The notes beneath the pieces are model-generated. The model worked only from the letters and a program-made list of their open reading frames with translations. It did no database searches and had not been told where the DNA came from. A stretch of DNA of 64,000 nucleotides from Pinctada imbricata (Eukaryota): NCBI GenBank assembly GCA_033119305.1, contig VSWD01000007.1:57794741-57858740 (forward strand), written 5' to 3'. Shown here one piece after another: positions 37,873 through 49,869 of this stretch (positions are counted from its first letter, which is position 1; every line of letters starts with the position of its first letter). The position numbers and the translations under genes were made by a program.

Positions 37873-38099
37873 GTCAATAGAGGCAGCAGCTTCCCATGAG
37901 GCAGCTAGAAATGAGCAGATTGCTCAGGGTGAGCTGGAAAGACAAAAACTAACCAATGAAAAAGAATCAGAAAAAGAGAGGGCCAAATTGTTAGAGCTAC
38001 AGGCCATAGCTGCAGCTGTGGAATCCACAGGGCAGGCCAAAGCTGAGGCCCAGGCACAAGCCGAGAGAATGATCATAGAATGTGAAAGTGAAATTGAGG
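37873..38099 (+). CDS. MVP: MVP exon 21/25 (start of the coiled-coil cap-helix region)
   Basis: Acceptor ctctgatacag|GTC, donor GAGG|gtaagt. Translates (K)SIEAAASHEAARNEQIAQGELERQKLTNEKESEKERAKLLELQAIAAAVESTGQAKAEAQAQAERMIIECESEIE, similar to the [57 protein letters not shown] segment of MVP. Confidence 0.9.
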
Positions 38100-38438
38100 G
38101 TAAGTTGTTGACTTGCTACCGTAGTTTGGCATTATGGATTCAAGTAATACCAAATTAGAGGCCTGAGCATGAACCAAGAGATTTATTCATTAGCGTGAAA
38201 GTGATATTGAGGGTTGTTGACTTATACATGTATACATGTAGTCAAGTTACATGTACATGTAGGTCAGAGATTAGGCCTACTCAATCACTTTGAAACTCTT
38301 CATAGTAGGAGGGATTTAATATGTGTCACTTAATGAAAACAATTAATAATATGTAATAGATACTACAATTTTTATGCAGTCATACATATATTATGGGTAA
38401 TATTTGATATCTAATTCCCTGAATTTTTTTCCTTTTAG

Positions 38439-38503
38439 CTGCACGACTTAAAGCTGAGGCTGAGGAAATAGAACATTATGCCAAGCTAGAGGCCCAGGCT
38501 ATG
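38439..38503 (+). CDS. MVP: MVP exon 22/25
   Basis: Acceptor ttccttttag|CTG, donor ATG|gtaagg. Translates (A)ARLKAEAEEIEHYAKLEAQAM. Confidence 0.85.
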
Positions 38504-38834
38504 GTAAGGCAGACTTTTATCATTCAGTTTATATTGAATTTTTTAACCTTTGTCCATTCATTTGCTCTCAATCAATTATTAACTCCCTATCTAAAAGTCA
38601 AAGTGTACTGAGTTTAGTGTCTGTCAATCTCTCTATCCGTCTTGACAATTTCTGTCTTAAAAAAACACATTTTCTATTTCTTCATAGGACTGAGATACAT
38701 TTCCATTGTGCTCACATTTAAGGTGAATCTACATTGAAAATAAAATTCATTCTTTTTATGATTTGTTTGTAAATGCATGCGAGATAATACTGTATGTATT
38801 GAGATGTGAACATTCTATTGTCTTTATCTTTTAG

Positions 38835-38915
38835 CTACGGTCAGAGGAATTGTCCTTCACAAAGAACCAAAATAACCTGGAGATTTATAAAGAAAGGGAA
38901 ATGTCCAATATTGAG
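38835..38915 (+). CDS. MVP: MVP exon 23/25
   Basis: Acceptor tatcttttag|CTA, donor GAG|gtgaat. Translates LRSEELSFTKNQNNLEIYKEREMSNIE. Confidence 0.8.
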
Positions 38916-39393
38916 GTGAATAATTTTATCAAATAATTGATTTTACTAGACTTTATTGTTTAGTCCTCAAAAACCATTCATATCTAAATATATATAATAT
39001 ATATATATAAGTATGCAGGATACAAATTTAGATGGGTTGAACAGTCTTTTTGAAAACTCCAACCTGGAGCTACCAGAAATTCTGCCAGGGTAGTAGAAAT
39101 TGTCTAACAAACTATACACTTACCCGGTAATACTCATCTTTGGCCTTGTGACTCAAAAATGTTTTCGTAAAAACTAATTTAAAAATGTTAAAATATTACC
39201 ATCTTAATCTACAAATAACTCATTGTCAGCATACTGTGCTTGTACTAAGTAAGATGTCCCTTTAAATTTATCATCTGAATTCGAATTTTTGATAATTTAC
39301 CAGTACATTTGATTTGTTTCAGTAAGTTTAAAGGACCATTTAAAAGTAGATATACATGTAACTGTGACTTGAAATGTTCCTTTTGTTTTTCAG

Positions 39394-39474
39394 ACTTCCA
39401 AATTTAAGAAGATGATAGATGCTATAGGAGCTGATGTGTTGGCTGCCATAGCAACCTCTGGACCAGAGACTCAG
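39394..39474 (+). CDS. MVP: MVP exon 24/25
   Basis: Acceptor ttgtttttcag|ACT, donor CAG|gtacgt. Translates TSKFKKMIDAIGADVLAAIATSGPETQ, similar to [27 protein letters not shown]. Confidence 0.9.
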
Positions 39475-39760
39475 GTACGTGTGTACTGAAGGTACCATGC
39501 TCTATTGGAAATGCTGTCCAAACAAATTCTGTAGAATTTTCGTCAGATTCTCTAAAGAGATGAAAATATGGCTGATTTACTTGTACTTCTGAGCTATGTA
39601 AATAATTGTATCTCTAAATAAATTCTCGGATATGTGGAATTTCTTGGACAAGAGTTTGTAAGGGTTGTTAAGAAAGGCAAAAAAGGTTATAGCAAAATGA
39701 TGGATATACATTTATCGCTTTTCATTTCATTTTCCTAAATGTATTTCTGTCATTATTTTA

Positions 39761-39790
39761 GGTGAAGATGCTTGAGTGCCTTAGGACTTG
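39761..39790 (+). CDS. MVP: MVP terminal coding exon as spliced (VKMLECLRT*). The conserved C-terminus continues in the +1 frame, so this is an apparent frameshift.
   Basis: Acceptor attattttag|GTG. In-frame translation is VKMLECLRT, followed by TGA at 39788-39790. The +1 frame (39780..39878) encodes [32 protein letters not shown], which matches the conserved MVP C-terminus [26 protein letters not shown]. Confidence 0.7.
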
Positions 39791-41160
39791 ATAGTGTTTT
39801 GATCACTGATGGTAACTCTCCCATCAACTTGTTTCAAACAGCCAAAGGTTTATTGGAGAGCCAATGCAGGAATGATTGACTTTAAGACATGTAAATCAAG
39901 TCCTCTCTTACGATCACATATCATGTGCAATGTGATAGAACACACATATTTCTGTGATTATTGTCATTACTGCATAGACATTCTCCTTCCTTTGTTTTAT
40001 CCCTCCTTATATACATGTAAATAACATGTACATGTAGTTATCAGTTTTATAGAGATACCGAAGTTAGTCATCTTCTATTTGATATTTTTGTAGACTTTTG
40101 TATTTGACAGTGCTTTCACTGTTTGTTTTAAATGCCTACTCGACATTTCTTCAAGGCATATAGTCATCTCAGTTGTTGGTTTTCACATAATTATTTATAT
40201 TTTGTGTTTTGATTGTTCCCATGTACATTTCCTTTAATGTGACATAGGATACAGTGTTGTTGATTTCTTCATATTTTAGTGTGATGAAAACCTTTGTAGC
40301 AATATTTCCTTTCCACATCTGTACAAATATTTCATGTCTTTCATAAAAATATTTTGATGTGATGAAGAACTTTCCACCTTTGATAATTAAAATAGAAACC
40401 TTGTGTTTTAGTGTTGATTTATATTTGAAACACTGAAGAAATGTTTGTGGTACTATGTGAAAAGTAGAGTGACATACATGTACATGTATACATGTATTTA
40501 GCAGCATAGAACAAAGCACCTTCAAATCATTGGTTGGTGCAATCTTGTTAAATAGTATTTTTGATTTACACAAAGGGAAATGAAATGTAGAGCCTTTCTG
40601 TGTTCAATATACATGTAGGTAGATAATAAAAAACAGAACAAAACAAAGTGTGACATCTCCTCACACAGCATAAATATCACAGAAATTCATGTCTTTCATG
40701 AATCATTTATTTTCCATTGTCATTTTCAAGAAACGAAGATTATGATTGGCTGAGAAATTTCGTTGATACATCGATCAACACAATTTTTCACGGAACTCTA
40801 TTTATAGCACTATTTTTAGAACCAGGGATTCCCTCAAACATGAATGAACTCGTTGCTGAAAATACAATTTGTTGATGTTTGCTTATCATTTCAAGGGTAC
40901 AATTTCTTTTTCTACTTTCTCAAAAATTAGCAGTGCATGTAGAATTTGCTCAAACTGGTCCTTATTCCAAAGATATAGAGAGATGATCGTTCGCTGTTTG
41001 AATCATAGCGGCTGCCATAACTTGTATTGGCAGATGTATTACTGCGAAACCCTCGGACTTGCGAAATATAGTGCGGTAATTGTTTTTAGATCCAAGAAAA
41101 CAGTCTGTTTTCCATAAATAGATGATAATAAAATGATAAGAAATGAATCTTGTATTTTTT

Positions 41161-41265
41161 CTGTTGATGCAGGTATCGCCCGAAAAATTTAACAGAAAAC
41201 TTTTGCATCGACGCGCATTGATGCAGTTTTCTGTCCAATTTTTCGGGTGATACCTGCATCAACAG
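41161..41265. repeat. Long hairpin-forming inverted repeat (29-bp stem with 1 mismatch, about 47-nt loop) in the MVP-Rab21 intergenic or 3'UTR region
   Basis: ctgttgatgcaggtatcgcccgaaaaatt ... aatttttcgggtgatacctgcatcaacag. Confidence 0.8.
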
Positions 41266-44200
41266 GAAAAATATGAGATTCATTTCTTAAATCAACCATT
41301 GATAGGTCACAAGTCCTTGTATGCACTATAGTGGATAAATCTTCAAACTTGGTACGCTTGTGCATTACGATTCTAGAAATAATTCTATTGATTTTTAATG
41401 TCAAAAGTCCAGGTCACAGATGGGCCTCCATGTTTCAACAGACATCATACTTAGTTTCTTTGATGTTGATGAAGCAAGGAAAAACTGTATTCATTTCAGG
41501 GTTACAAGTGAATGGTAAAGATTCAAAATCCATTGAAATAATATTTTGGGCATTTTTTTTAAGGAATATGCCCTTAAGTATGGTAAACATAATGCATATA
41601 TAATGTTTCTAATGCAAAACGAAGCCCTATTTATTTACAAGGTCATTCATCAAGGTAATGAAGAAGACTTGTCCAAATTCATGGTATACAACACTGACAC
41701 ATTTCCATCATAGAAATAACACTACATGTAGATACATTGTACTTGAATATGTGACCTTGATCATAACTTCATATCAGCCATGTAAAATTGAAAGTTCACA
41801 GTTTGTATTTGACAGTTTGTACAGCCAACAAGGAAATCATGCTTCCTTTGCTGAAATGTAATGTAAATATCGTGGTATACTCAACCACGATAATACCAGT
41901 TAAATATTCTGAACCTGATGAATTAGGATTTGAGAAAGTCATTCTGCCGATGACGACCAAAAGCAAATAAAATGCTGTCATAGTTTTATTTTCATCATTT
42001 GTTATATATAACATGTGTTTACATCATATCAACAATGGAGAGCAGTTGACCTTTGAACATTAAAGATGTGATTTCATTATGCTCAATTATACATGATATT
42101 TATACATAGGGTAGGGCTCCCATTCAGGAAATATTATTCAGGTAATCGCTTTGGGCTTTATGCCCCAAACAAATAATCTGCTACTTGTTTGAAGCAGCAG
42201 TTCATTCAAGTTTCTGATTTGGAAAGAAACAACTAACTTACTTTTCATCTTAAAATTTACTGCATTTATATTTTGTACCAACAGCATGTAAACATATACT
42301 TATGATGAGGAATATTTCTCAATTCTATTACAAATTCATACACATTAATAGCACAATGCAGTAAAATAAAATGTGGTTCACGACATGCAAATATTGTATT
42401 TTCTAAATATTTCCATTCCTTCACAATGAAAAATGACCAACATTAAAATCAGAACTCATATCAGTATCATTATAATATCGACACAACTTCAATTGATAAA
42501 TGTAAGGAATCCGACAATGAACGTTTTGGTGTACATTTATCATATGCCAAAGCTTTAGTCTCAAAATAATGTTAACTAACTATTATGACCCTCATTTAAA
42601 GCTGGGACTGTTTACTTATATTTTGCTGTTCAAGAAGTTAAAGAATGCCTGTTGTCAGTACATGTGTAGGAAATATAACTAAACAGGTAGGTCCACATTT
42701 CACAACTAGCTTTCTCAGTCTGCTAGACAAAATAGATTTTATTTGAAGAAGGTAGTATGAAGATTCATTTTCTATGCAAAATAGAACTTTGGGTTATTTT
42801 CTTTCTGTATGTATGTATAGCGGTATAGCGTTTGATAGGTCATGCTTTTTCAATGAAAGGGGCATGTGAACCTACATAATGTATATCTCAAAAGTCACAT
42901 ATACGGACGAATAGAAATTTATATAATAAATCACCTGAATATGTACAGCATACCTTTATTCTGTTCCACAGAACTTGCACTGTACATGTTCAATTCAGTT
43001 TTCAGTATTTCATAATAAATTCTACACACTGTGATATACATGATAATCAGTTGATTAAAACAGTCAAATACTGATCAGTCAGAATGTTGTGAAACAAAAG
43101 AAAAGACTGAAGATCTTGGTGACATATTATAATAATGACAACACAAGACATGTACCACAGTATCATGATGTCATTGATTGAAAACTGAATAAGGAAAAAA
43201 AAAAGGAGCTCCGCACATTATATTACGATAGTTACATGTAAATCTAACCCTAAAAATGTTATCATTGTTTTATTTTCAATAAGACCAATTCTCAATGTTA
43301 ATCACCTTATTTTTCCCCAAATTACAATTTCCAAGTTCGCAAATTGAAAATTTTGCTTGATTTCATTTTTCATCTAAGAAAAAAAAGTAAATAAAGATAT
43401 ATGCCTGATTTAATTTATTACAAAATTTAAGCTGCTCATGTTGGTTGTATACTTTTTAAATTGAAATCCTACTGCCAAATAAAATTTGAGACAAGGTTTC
43501 ATGGCAGACATTGTTGGCTCAAGTCATTGGTGGCGTTATTCTTTATGAGAAAGAATCCAAAAAGTGCTAATCTTCTGCTAATCTTACCTAAAAATGCTGA
43601 AAATACTGTAAACGTGGTAATTTTTGCTGGGGGGGGGGGGGGGGGGGTTGCAAAATGACCATCGCAACAGTACACATGGGGTAATTTTGGCAAAATCAGG
43701 AGTACATGTATTTCCTTCAGTCTTTTATACTGATTGTAATTTTCACAAATTTTAAAATCAAAATTAGCCCCACTCGAAAATTTCCACATTTTCAGTAACT
43801 GTGATACAAGGGTATCTATGAATCAATTGAACAATAAATGAATAAAGACCACATCTACTCATATTGATCATACAGTAAAACTTTCTGATGCTCAGAAATT
43901 AATATTAACCTAACACAAAATGCATGTATCTATAAAAAGCATGCACATCTTCCATCCAAGCAAACAAACCGGGAGTTAAAATACACACTGTTTCATGACT
44001 CAGTCTTGTACAATATCTACAGTACATATACATGTAATTGTGTTTCTTTCAAGAATCACATACTTAGTTTGTATACATAACAATTCATGACATCAGTTTA
44101 AAATTTAAATGGATGGCTAAATAGAAAATTACCTTAGCACGATTCTTGTACATGTATTTATGATAATTGCACAGAAAACAACCATTTAATGTTAAAGAAC

Positions 44201-44507
44201 TATTTTGAATGAGCATCCCAAGTAAAGCACTATTGTTAAGCATAAAATTAGTTCCTGAACATTAGTTCTGTACAAGTATAAAAATATATAAGATTTTTTT
44301 GTTTGCTCCATACAGACGAAGAACTCTGAAACCACTATGTGTACCTAGGTCGTAAAATAACACAAATACGGAAACATGGACGTGGTACACAAACATCAGA
44401 CTTGGATAGTAAATGAAAGGCAATGGACAGTAGTAATAACAAATTCCAATAAATATGATTCAGTTTTCTTGCGATAACTCAAAATGGCTGTGTATCGTAA
44501 ATATGGC

Positions 44508-44629
44508 CTAACAACAACCCCCACTACTCTGTGTGGTCGGCTGATCATCGTCAACTACTAATACACTCTTAGCCTTCATGCTCGTTCGGGAACTCTTCCC
44601 ATTGTCCTCACCTGCCTTTTCTATCATAT
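44508..44629 (-). CDS. RAB21: Rab21-like terminal exon (hypervariable tail ending in a GGCC prenylation motif; stop included)
   Basis: Acceptor tttatttacag|ATA. Translates (N)MIEKAGEDNGKSSRTSMKAKSVLVVDDDQPTTQSSGGCC*, which has a C-terminal CC geranylgeranylation motif like human ..GGGCCSSG. Confidence 0.85.
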
Positions 44630-45661
44630 CTGTAAATAAATTTATGTTTACAAGATTTGTTCTTATTGTAATGTATAACTATTTTCATAGTGTTTATAAT
44701 TTTACATTTTTCATTGTAAATAAGAAAAAAATTTGAAAGCATTTCTACTAGTACTTAAAAAATCGAACAAATGAAATTTAGTATGTGTTGTTTTAACTCC
44801 ATTGGCAACATGCATTTTACATGCAAAGTTAGAGGAACATCCAAAGTAATACATGTATGTGACTTCAAGAGTGTCAAAAATCTTGCACAAACACATCTGC
44901 CAACAGATCCACCTTCACTTATGGTGGCATTTAAATATGCCCTCAGTAATGAGGCTGCATAAAGCGATGATAAATCTTTGATTGACAGCAGAATTTGCCA
45001 CACTTGACCTTGATCCATAAGGAGCCCCCAATGTCGTTATTCAGATGCATTTTCCTCTATTTGCATCATTTTCAAGTGTGTTATCTGATCATATCTTCCT
45101 TTTTCCTAATACATTTTGTAATTCAATAATAAATGAGGTTATTCAGAAATATTAACACTTCCCCCGTTATAACGCCAACTTTTGCAGGATAAAGCAGGGG
45201 AGGAGTGTACATACATGTATGCCCATTCATTTGTATAGAATTTACATTGTGATTGTAGGAGTATAGCCGTGGCAGCTCAATTTGTACTATGATGTCATGT
45301 AGTAACAGAGCCTTAGCAACAGAATTTTAAATGTATTCTAACATCATTTAAGCATGAAAAAGTGGAATGGAAATATATAAAATAACCATCTTATTGGAAT
45401 GTGATTATACTGTAATAACCTACAATAAATCCAGGAATTATGTTCCTCATAATATCCTAACATGCATTATGGAACATAATTTTTGGATCCATTGTAGGTT
45501 ATCACAGTATAATCACACTCCAAAAGACAGTTATTGTATAAAGGTAGGAGATATAAAATCTTTCTTAACAGTTATGTCAAATTCCTTTGCTCCAAACTTT
45601 ACACGTGAAGGAAGAATGGTGTTTCCAATGCTACCAATTCAATGCTACCAATTCTACTTAC

Positions 45662-45750
45662 TTTTACTTAATTCTAAAAACATTTCTTCGATGCCCTTAT
45701 TAAGTTTTGCAGATGTATGGAAATGCCGTGCACCTACTGATGATGCATAC
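45662..45750 (-). CDS. RAB21: Rab21-like exon 5 (G5 SAK)
   Basis: Acceptor ttgaaatttcag|GTA, donor AAAA|gtaagt. Translates (Q)YASSVGARHFHTSAKLNKGIEEMFLELSK, against human YAESVGAKHYHTSAKQNKGIEELFLDLCK. Confidence 0.9.
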
Positions 45751-46400
45751 CTGAAATGTATGGAAATAATAAATACAAATACAAATAGTTACTTCAAAAT
45801 TTACCTGAAAACTGTCTCATAATTTAAGATGCCGCTTTTCGTACAGCCTTTCTTACCGGTATTTGTAAATGCTTCACAAGTACATTCAGTGTTTTGTCTA
45901 ATAATATAATGTAAACGGTGTATCATTAAATATCAATACTGAAATGGGGACTTACCATTACTATTTTTTTTTAATTGGCTGTCATATTAAAGAGCTCAAA
46001 CAATAGATTTGTATTCGGGATGAAATACAGCATACATGTGCATAAACCCCTTCAAAAATAAGCTAGTGAGAGTAGATGTCCTTCATCCTTTATTCATAGT
46101 TTAATCTATTCCATGACATTCAACATGTATTTTTGGTGAACTTCTAAGTTAAAAATCTATTACTAGAGTGACATCATTCCAAAGAAAGAATTTGTTCCAT
46201 GCAAACATAGCAACACTTAGGGATCATTATTGGGTGTGAGTGTGACACCTAAAATGTGACAGACAGACTGATGAATAGACAGACAATTGACAAAGTGATC
46301 CAAAAGTGTCACAATGCTTTGCAGGTGTCGTAAAAACAGAGGTCTATAGGGACCAAATAACTCAATTATCCTCTTCTTTTTCTTTATTACTTGTACTTAC

Positions 46401-46519
46401 TGTTCAGCTTCAGTAACACTAACATGCCTGTCTTTCTCCAGGTCTGTTTTATTCCCTGCTATACATAAGCAAATATCATTGCCTAACATTTTCCTTAATT
46501 CCTTCACCCAGTTTTTAAC
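46401..46519 (-). CDS. RAB21: Rab21-like exon 4 (G4 NKxD)
   Basis: Acceptor ttatttcag|GTT, donor AACA|gtaagt. Translates VKNWVKELRKMLGNDICLCIAGNKTDLEKDRHVSVTEAE, against human VKNWVKELRKMLGNEICLCIVGNKIDLEKERHVSIQEAE. Confidence 0.9.
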
Positions 46520-46985
46520 CTGAAATAATGAAGATTCTTATAAATTCCCCTCTCAATCACTAAAGTACATTGATGTTCACATCACAGAAAGCAAATACAC
46601 AAAGATCCTGTTCCACTCTCCTTCAGTGCATTTAAGGTACAATGTATGTATGGCACTATATGTAATAGACCATTTTCATATTGCCACTAGACTTGCATTT
46701 TACATGTAGGCATTCCAAGACCCGATATCACAACTTTTGACGTTATTTTTCATAGGTCTGTTTCGACATCACAGTAAGAAATTATGTCAAATGTTATGTC
46801 GGGTCTTGCCTGTATAAATTTCAAGTTTACTGCAGTAATGAGAAAATTGTCTATACAGAACACTGATGTTTACAGAAAATGTAAATTCAATAGGGATTTG
46901 AAGCACTACCACATATACAAAGGGCAATGTCTACAAAGAATGTCAGCTAATAGAATCAAGAAAGCAGAATAAAAACTTGAGTTAC

Positions 46986-47093
46986 TTTTTGAAAGGAGTC
47001 TTCGTCAGTGATGTCGTAGACCAGTATTGCACCATTACTATCTCTGTAGTAAATAGGTCCCAAGGCATGGAATCTCTCCTGTCCAGCCGTGTC
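46986..47093 (-). CDS. RAB21: Rab21-like exon 3 (G3/switch II)
   Basis: Acceptor tatttacag|GAC, donor AAA|gtaact. Translates [36 protein letters not shown], identical to human RAB21 over this stretch. Confidence 0.95.
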
Positions 47094-47189
47094 CTGTAAA
47101 TAATAATAATACTGTAAGAAATGTGCAAGGTCAAAAATAACGAAAAGGTAAAAAAACAAGAGGCCCAAGGGGGCCACATCGCTCACCTG

Positions 47190-49110
47190 AGTCACAAAGG
47201 GTTAAAAGTCACAAAAATACTTCTACAGATCAAAGCCCTTGACAGCCATATTTGTTGACCTATCGACAAGAAAAACACAAACTTGGCAGAGGACCTTGAG
47301 TACTTAGCTTGCTGCAAGGTTTCGTGAAATTCTGTGCAATGGTTGCAGAGGAGATGTCGAAAATGTGTCAGGCAATCAGAGCCCTCGGCGGCCATATTTG
47401 TTGACCGATCGGAACGAAAAACACAAACTTGGTAGAGGACCTTGATTACTTCCTTCCTATTAAGTTTCATGAATTTCTGTGCAGCGGTTGCAGAGGAGAT
47501 GTCGAAAATGTGTCAGCCAATCAGAGCCCTCGGCGGCCATATTTGTTGACCAATCAGCACCAAAAACACAAACGTGTTGAAGGACCATGAATACTTCCTT
47601 CCTGTAAAGTTTCATGAAATTCTGTGCAGCGGTTGCAGAGGAGATGTCGAAAATGTGTCAGCCAATCAGAGCCCTCGGCGGCCACATTTGTTAAATGATC
47701 GCCACGAAAAACACAAACTTGGTAGAGGACCTTGAGTACTTCCTTCCTGTAAAGTTTCATGAAATTCTGTGCAGCGGTTGCAGAGGAGATGTCGAAAATG
47801 TGTCAGCCAATCAGAGCCCTCGGTGGCCATATTTGTTGACCGATCGGCACGAAAACACAAACTTGGTAGAGGACCTTGAGTACTTCCTTCCTGTAAAGTT
47901 GCATGAAATTCTGTGCAGCGGTTGCAGAGGAGATGTCGAAAATGTGTCAGCCAATCAGAGCCCTCGGTGGCCATATTTGTTGACCGATCGGCACGAAAAA
48001 CATAAACTTGGTAGAGGACCTTGAGTACTTCCTTCCTGTAAAGTTTCATGCAATTCTGTGCAGCGGTTGCAGAGGAGATGTCGAAAATGTGTCAGGCAAT
48101 CAGAGCCCTCGGCGGCCATATTTGTTGACCGATCGGCACGAAAAACACAAACTTGGTAGAGGATCTTGAGTACTTCCTTCCTGTAAAGTTTCATGAAATT
48201 CTGTGCAGCGGTTGCAGAGGAGATGTCGAAAATATGTCAGCCAATCAGAGCCCTCGGCGGCCATATTTGTTGACCGATCAGCACCAAAAACACAAACTTG
48301 GTAGAGGACCTTGAGTACTTCCTTCCTGTAAAGTTTCATGAAATTCTGTGCAGCGGTTGCAGAGGAGATGTCGAAAATGTGTCAGCCAATCAGAGCCCTT
48401 GGCGGCCATATTTGTTGACCGATCGGCACGAAAAACACAAAATTTGGTAAAGGACCTTGAGTACTTCCTTCCTGTAAAGTTTCATGAAATTCTGTGCCGT
48501 GGTTGCAGAGGAGATGTCGAAAATGTGTCAGCCAATCAGAGCCCTTGGCGGCCATATTTGTTGACCGATCGGCATGAAAAACATAAACTTGGTAGAGGAC
48601 CTTGAGTACTTCCTTCCTGTAAAGTTTCATGAAATTCTGTGCAGCGGTTGCAGAGGAGATGTCGAAAATGTGTCAGCCAATCAGAGCCCTTGGCGGCCAT
48701 ATTTGTTGACCGATCGGTACGAAAAAAATAAACTTGTTAGAGGACCTTGAGTACTTCCTTCCTGTAAAGTTTCATGAAATTCTGTGCAGCGGTTGCAGAG
48801 GAGATGTCGAAAATGTGTCAGCCAATCAGAGCCCTCGGTGGCCATATTTGTTGACCAATTGGCACGAAAAACACAAACTTGGTAGAGGACCTTGAGTACT
48901 TCCTTCCTGTAAAGTTTCATGAAATTCTGTGCAGCGGTTGCAGAGGAGATGTCGAAAATGTGTCAGCCAATCAGAGCCCTCTGCGGCCATATTTGTTGAC
49001 CGATCGGCACGAAAAACACAAACTTGGTAGAGGACCTTGAGTACTTCCTTCCTGTTAAGTTTCATGAAATTCTGTGCAGCGGTTGCAGAGGAGATGTCGA
49101 AAATGTTAAA
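47190..49110. repeat. 145-bp satellite of about 13 units in Rab21 intron 2. The unit contains CCAAT (ccaatcagagccc) and GCCATATTTG (YY1-like) motifs and keeps one frame stop-free.
   Basis: Unit ggccatatttgttgaccgatcggcacgaaaaacacaaacttggtagaggaccttgagtacttccttcctgtaaagtttcatgaaattctgtgcagcggttgcagaggagatgtcgaaaatgtgtcagccaatcagagccctcggc. Repeated 79-aa minus-strand pseudo-ORFs (MKLYRKEVLKVLYQVCVF...) occur every 145 bp. Confidence 0.9.
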
Positions 49111-49809
49111 AGTTTACGCCAGAGGGACGACGACGACGACGACGACGGACGGACGGCGCGCTACATGTATGACAATAGCTCACTTGAGCTTCGCTCAGGT
49201 GAGCTAAAAAAACCATTTGATAGCCCTGCATGTATATCCACATGAAAATATCACGCATAAAATGGCAAAGCTAAAATTCATTAATATTATTGTACATGTA
49301 ATTAATTCCTGAAGATCTTTACACTGTCTTTGACCGATGCTTCAGGCTATAGGAAATTCATTTTTGAAAATCTGGCCATTTCAGCAATGTCATCAACATA
49401 ACATCATATTTTAAATGCTAGTTGTACGTTGTATTGTATGGTATGACAACATAATTTTTCAAACGTTTTTTCTTAATTAACATGAAACATTGACCTTATT
49501 GTTAATGAAAAATTTTGAGCCATTGTGAGGGTCTCAATCTCCTTGAATATGGGTGACAAATGACAGGGAATTTTGGATAGATTTTTCTGTGCAGAAGACT
49601 CTCCTAAATCTGGTAGTTACCATCAAAACAAGTACCTGAGTTGAATCATAACAAAGTCTTAAAATCTGAAGAGAATCTATCTGAGGCTTGGTAAGTTGGA
49701 ACTGGGACTAATATGTAAACTTCTTAATTAAAAGCGAAGAACTTTGCTTGGGGACATTTAAAAAGTACAGAAAAGTGTACACAAAGACGAAGTATACATA
49801 AAATCTTAC

Positions 49810-49869
49810 CCAGATTGCAAGATTAACTCTCTTTCCGCCTATATTCAGCTTTTTGTTAAGAAATGATGC
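49810..49869 (-). CDS. RAB21: Rab21-like exon 2
   Basis: Acceptor ttttttttcag|GCA, donor TGG|gtaaga. Translates ASFLNKKLNIGGKRVNLAIW, against human ASFLTKKLNIGGKRVNLAIW. Confidence 0.9.

Noticed and set aside
45367-45822. 151-aa + strand ORF
   Set aside because: It lies antisense to Rab21 exon 5 (45662..45750) and intronic AT-rich sequence. It has no homology and is open only because of low complexity. The real gene is on the opposite strand.
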